Below are positions 61,792 to 64,000 of a DNA stretch of 64,000 nt, piece by piece. The notes under the pieces are model-generated. The model was not told the DNA's origin, ran no database searches, and worked only from the letters and a program-made list of their open reading frames with translations. Within the stretch, counting starts at the first letter, position 1; every line of letters starts with the position of its first letter. The translations under genes were made by a program, and so were the position numbers. The stretch comes from Eledone cirrhosa (Eukaryota). The DNA is taken from assembly GCA_964016885.1 (NCBI GenBank), contig OZ024743.1, positions 239,382,001 to 239,446,000 of the forward strand, given 5' to 3'.

Positions 61792-61798
<7 letters not shown>
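61481..61798. repeat. Inverted repeat with about 90-bp arms around a (TA)n core
   Basis: TATGTTCACCTGTGTGCAGTTTTGCACATAT... is the reverse complement of ...ATATGTGCAAAACTGCACACAGGTGAACATA. Confidence 0.85.
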
Positions 61799-61852
<54 letters not shown>

Positions 61853-62752
61853 GGGATAACAAATTATTGTTATAGGTAGTCCACTTAGATGTAGTCCAGT
61901 TAGGGTACTTCGAGTAGTTGGCTAAGTTTGACTCAACAAGGCGTTTCCATAGTGATACTGCGAGTACGCGGTGATTTCTATGTAGTTCAAGAAAGAAGAG
62001 TGACATGGTTTGCTATACAATAAGGGCTTTAATCACATTGCTGACAATTGTTTCTCTGAACTGGTAGGTCTAGAGATCGCTACCCGCCTGTTTCTGCGTC
62101 AATCGATCACCAATACATAGTTATAACCAGTCAATTCATCAGAGCTTGCGAGAATGAAGGGAATACACAGGCATGGCTTCTATATATAGTAGTGGCATTA
62201 AATCAGAACAACAACAATACTAACAATGCTAGCAATAAATTAGTTGAAATAATCACAACATCAATCTAAGTAAGACATGGAGTATACTTATGACTTTAGC
62301 ATGTAAAACGAGCTGATATGCGGTAGATGTATGAAATTGACATGTAAAAGCTGTCATGGGGTGTATTATATATAGTGTAGAGATAAGCCGGGGCTTGAAA
62401 CAATGTACCATTTCCTTTACCGTAGGTTTGCTGACAGTAAGAATTATTTATTATCTGACAGATAAAATATTTTCATTGTAGTGAGGATAGTAATTTGTAT
62501 GTGGTGTAAAGTGGATTCAATATTTAAGTGGTCGATATTAGATGAAGGGATTGTTAGTTCGAATCATGGGGTTGTTTAGCTTTCACATCATCAATAACAA
62601 GCATGTATAAGATAACACCAACAGAGTAGCAATATAATAGGTAAGTTAATACAGAGGTTAAGGAAGCAATATATATATAGTGAAAACATGCTGACTACAA
62701 TTATAACAACAGGAGGAAGGTGATGTTTTACGGATTGTGATAGTATTCTAAT

Positions 62753-62933
62753 AATTGTTTCTATTTTAGGCACAATGCCAGCAATTACCCAGTGTATTAC
62801 TGGTACTTTATTTTATCGACCCCGTAAGGAAGAAAGGCAAAGTTAACCTCGGCGGGATTTGAACTCAGATCATAAAGGGACGTAACACTATGCTTCAAAG
62901 CATGGTGTCCGACTCTCTGCCGATACTGCCAAT
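62753..62933 (-). mobile_element. SINE family 1 (further partial minus copies at about 27395-27490, 39505-39660, 46985-47095, 54880-55060)
   Basis: Reverse complement of the family 1 sequence. Confidence 0.85.
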
Positions 62934-63070
62934 TCTAATAATGTACTTGGATTTAGGTTCATCTGTTGAGAATCAAGAATGAGGAAGTTGTGTTCACAGC
63001 AGCTGAGAAAATATAAGATATTTGCAGATATTACTGTGGTATAGAATTAATATATATATATATATATATA

Positions 63071-63850
63071 TATTGTTATACTTTGGGAGGGTCATGTTGC
63101 CAATAAGAAACACACGCACCAGTTGCTTTCACTACAATTTATTATATATTTATAAATTTATAAATTTACAAATTTACAAACTTATAAATTTCTGGTTGGT
63201 TGGTTGGTTCCACAACCAGATAGTTGTTTATATATAGTCATAGTCCTTTCGTCACACACTCTGTGACCTCTTCAGTGACTGGGGATTCCTTCCTTCGTTT
63301 CTGTGCCTTTCCTTTCTTCTATCCTACGCCATTTTGTTTCTGTGTGTGTGTTGTGTGCTCAGTTTGCGCATGCGGCACATCCGGGTGTCTGTGTGTGTTT
63401 GTGTTCATTTTTCTATTTGTTTATTTATTTATTTATTGTTGGTTGGTTGTTTGTTCTATGTGTGTGTGTGTTTTCATTTTGTCCTGTGTGTGTTTTCATT
63501 TTGTGTGTGTTTTAATTTTGTCCTTAATTCTAGTTTTACAGTTTTACAGTTTTACAGTTTTACAGTTAATATGGGGGCTTATTTTACAGGTTATACATTT
63601 CTTATCTATACATGAGGACTATGACTATATATAAACAACTATCTGGTTGTGGAACCAACCAACCAACCAGAAATTTATAAGTTTGTAAATTTGTAAATTT
63701 ATAAATTTATAAATATATCATAAATTGAAGTGAAAGCAACTGGTGCGTGTGTTTCTTATTGGCAACATGACCCTCCCAAAGTATAACAATATCGGTTTCA
63801 ACACACGATTTCAGATAAAGAATCTTGCTAAACAAATTCAGAAACGAAAT
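63071..63850 (-). mobile_element. Solo PLE terminal module with inverted arms (63071-63247 and 63615-63791)
   Basis: Homologous to 46610-46950; arms are reverse complements; (TA)n flanks. Confidence 0.8.
63236..63280 (-). ncRNA. Minimal type I hammerhead (family F)
   Basis: Minus strand: AGTCA-CTGAAGA-G-GTCACA(GAGTG)TGTGAC-GAAA-GGAC-TA^TGACT. Confidence 0.75.
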
Positions 63851-63882
63851 ATATATATATAAATATATATATACACACACAC

Positions 63883-63957
<75 letters not shown>

Positions 63958-63959
63958 TA

Positions 63960-64000
<41 letters not shown>

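Overview
AT-rich, microsatellite-dense eukaryotic DNA with no recognisable host gene. The repeat repertoire looks molluscan, probably octopod cephalopod (inference). There is one 200-N gap at 44150-44349. The window is a mosaic of mobile elements: about eight Penelope-like element (PLE; RT + GIY-YIG) copies or fragments, a near-intact RTE LINE with C2H2 fingers, three decayed RLE-type (R4/Dong-like) LINE remnants, a Buster-type hAT transposon with an intact 8-bp TSD, two non-autonomous Helitrons, palindromic MITEs, many tRNA-derived SINEs and a 6.3-kb 35/38-bp minisatellite. The most striking signal is RNA-level. 6991-9012 is a perfect 310-bp tandem array in which each unit carries a type I hammerhead ribozyme (HHR) with a palindromic minimal stem III, the architecture of a non-LTR retrozyme (a circRNA-producing element). 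About 12 further HHR or HHR-like motifs from several sequence families lie in PLE terminal repeats, often in inverted or fold-back pairs and almost always embedded in (TA)n. All structures were read by eye; no folding or database searches were run.
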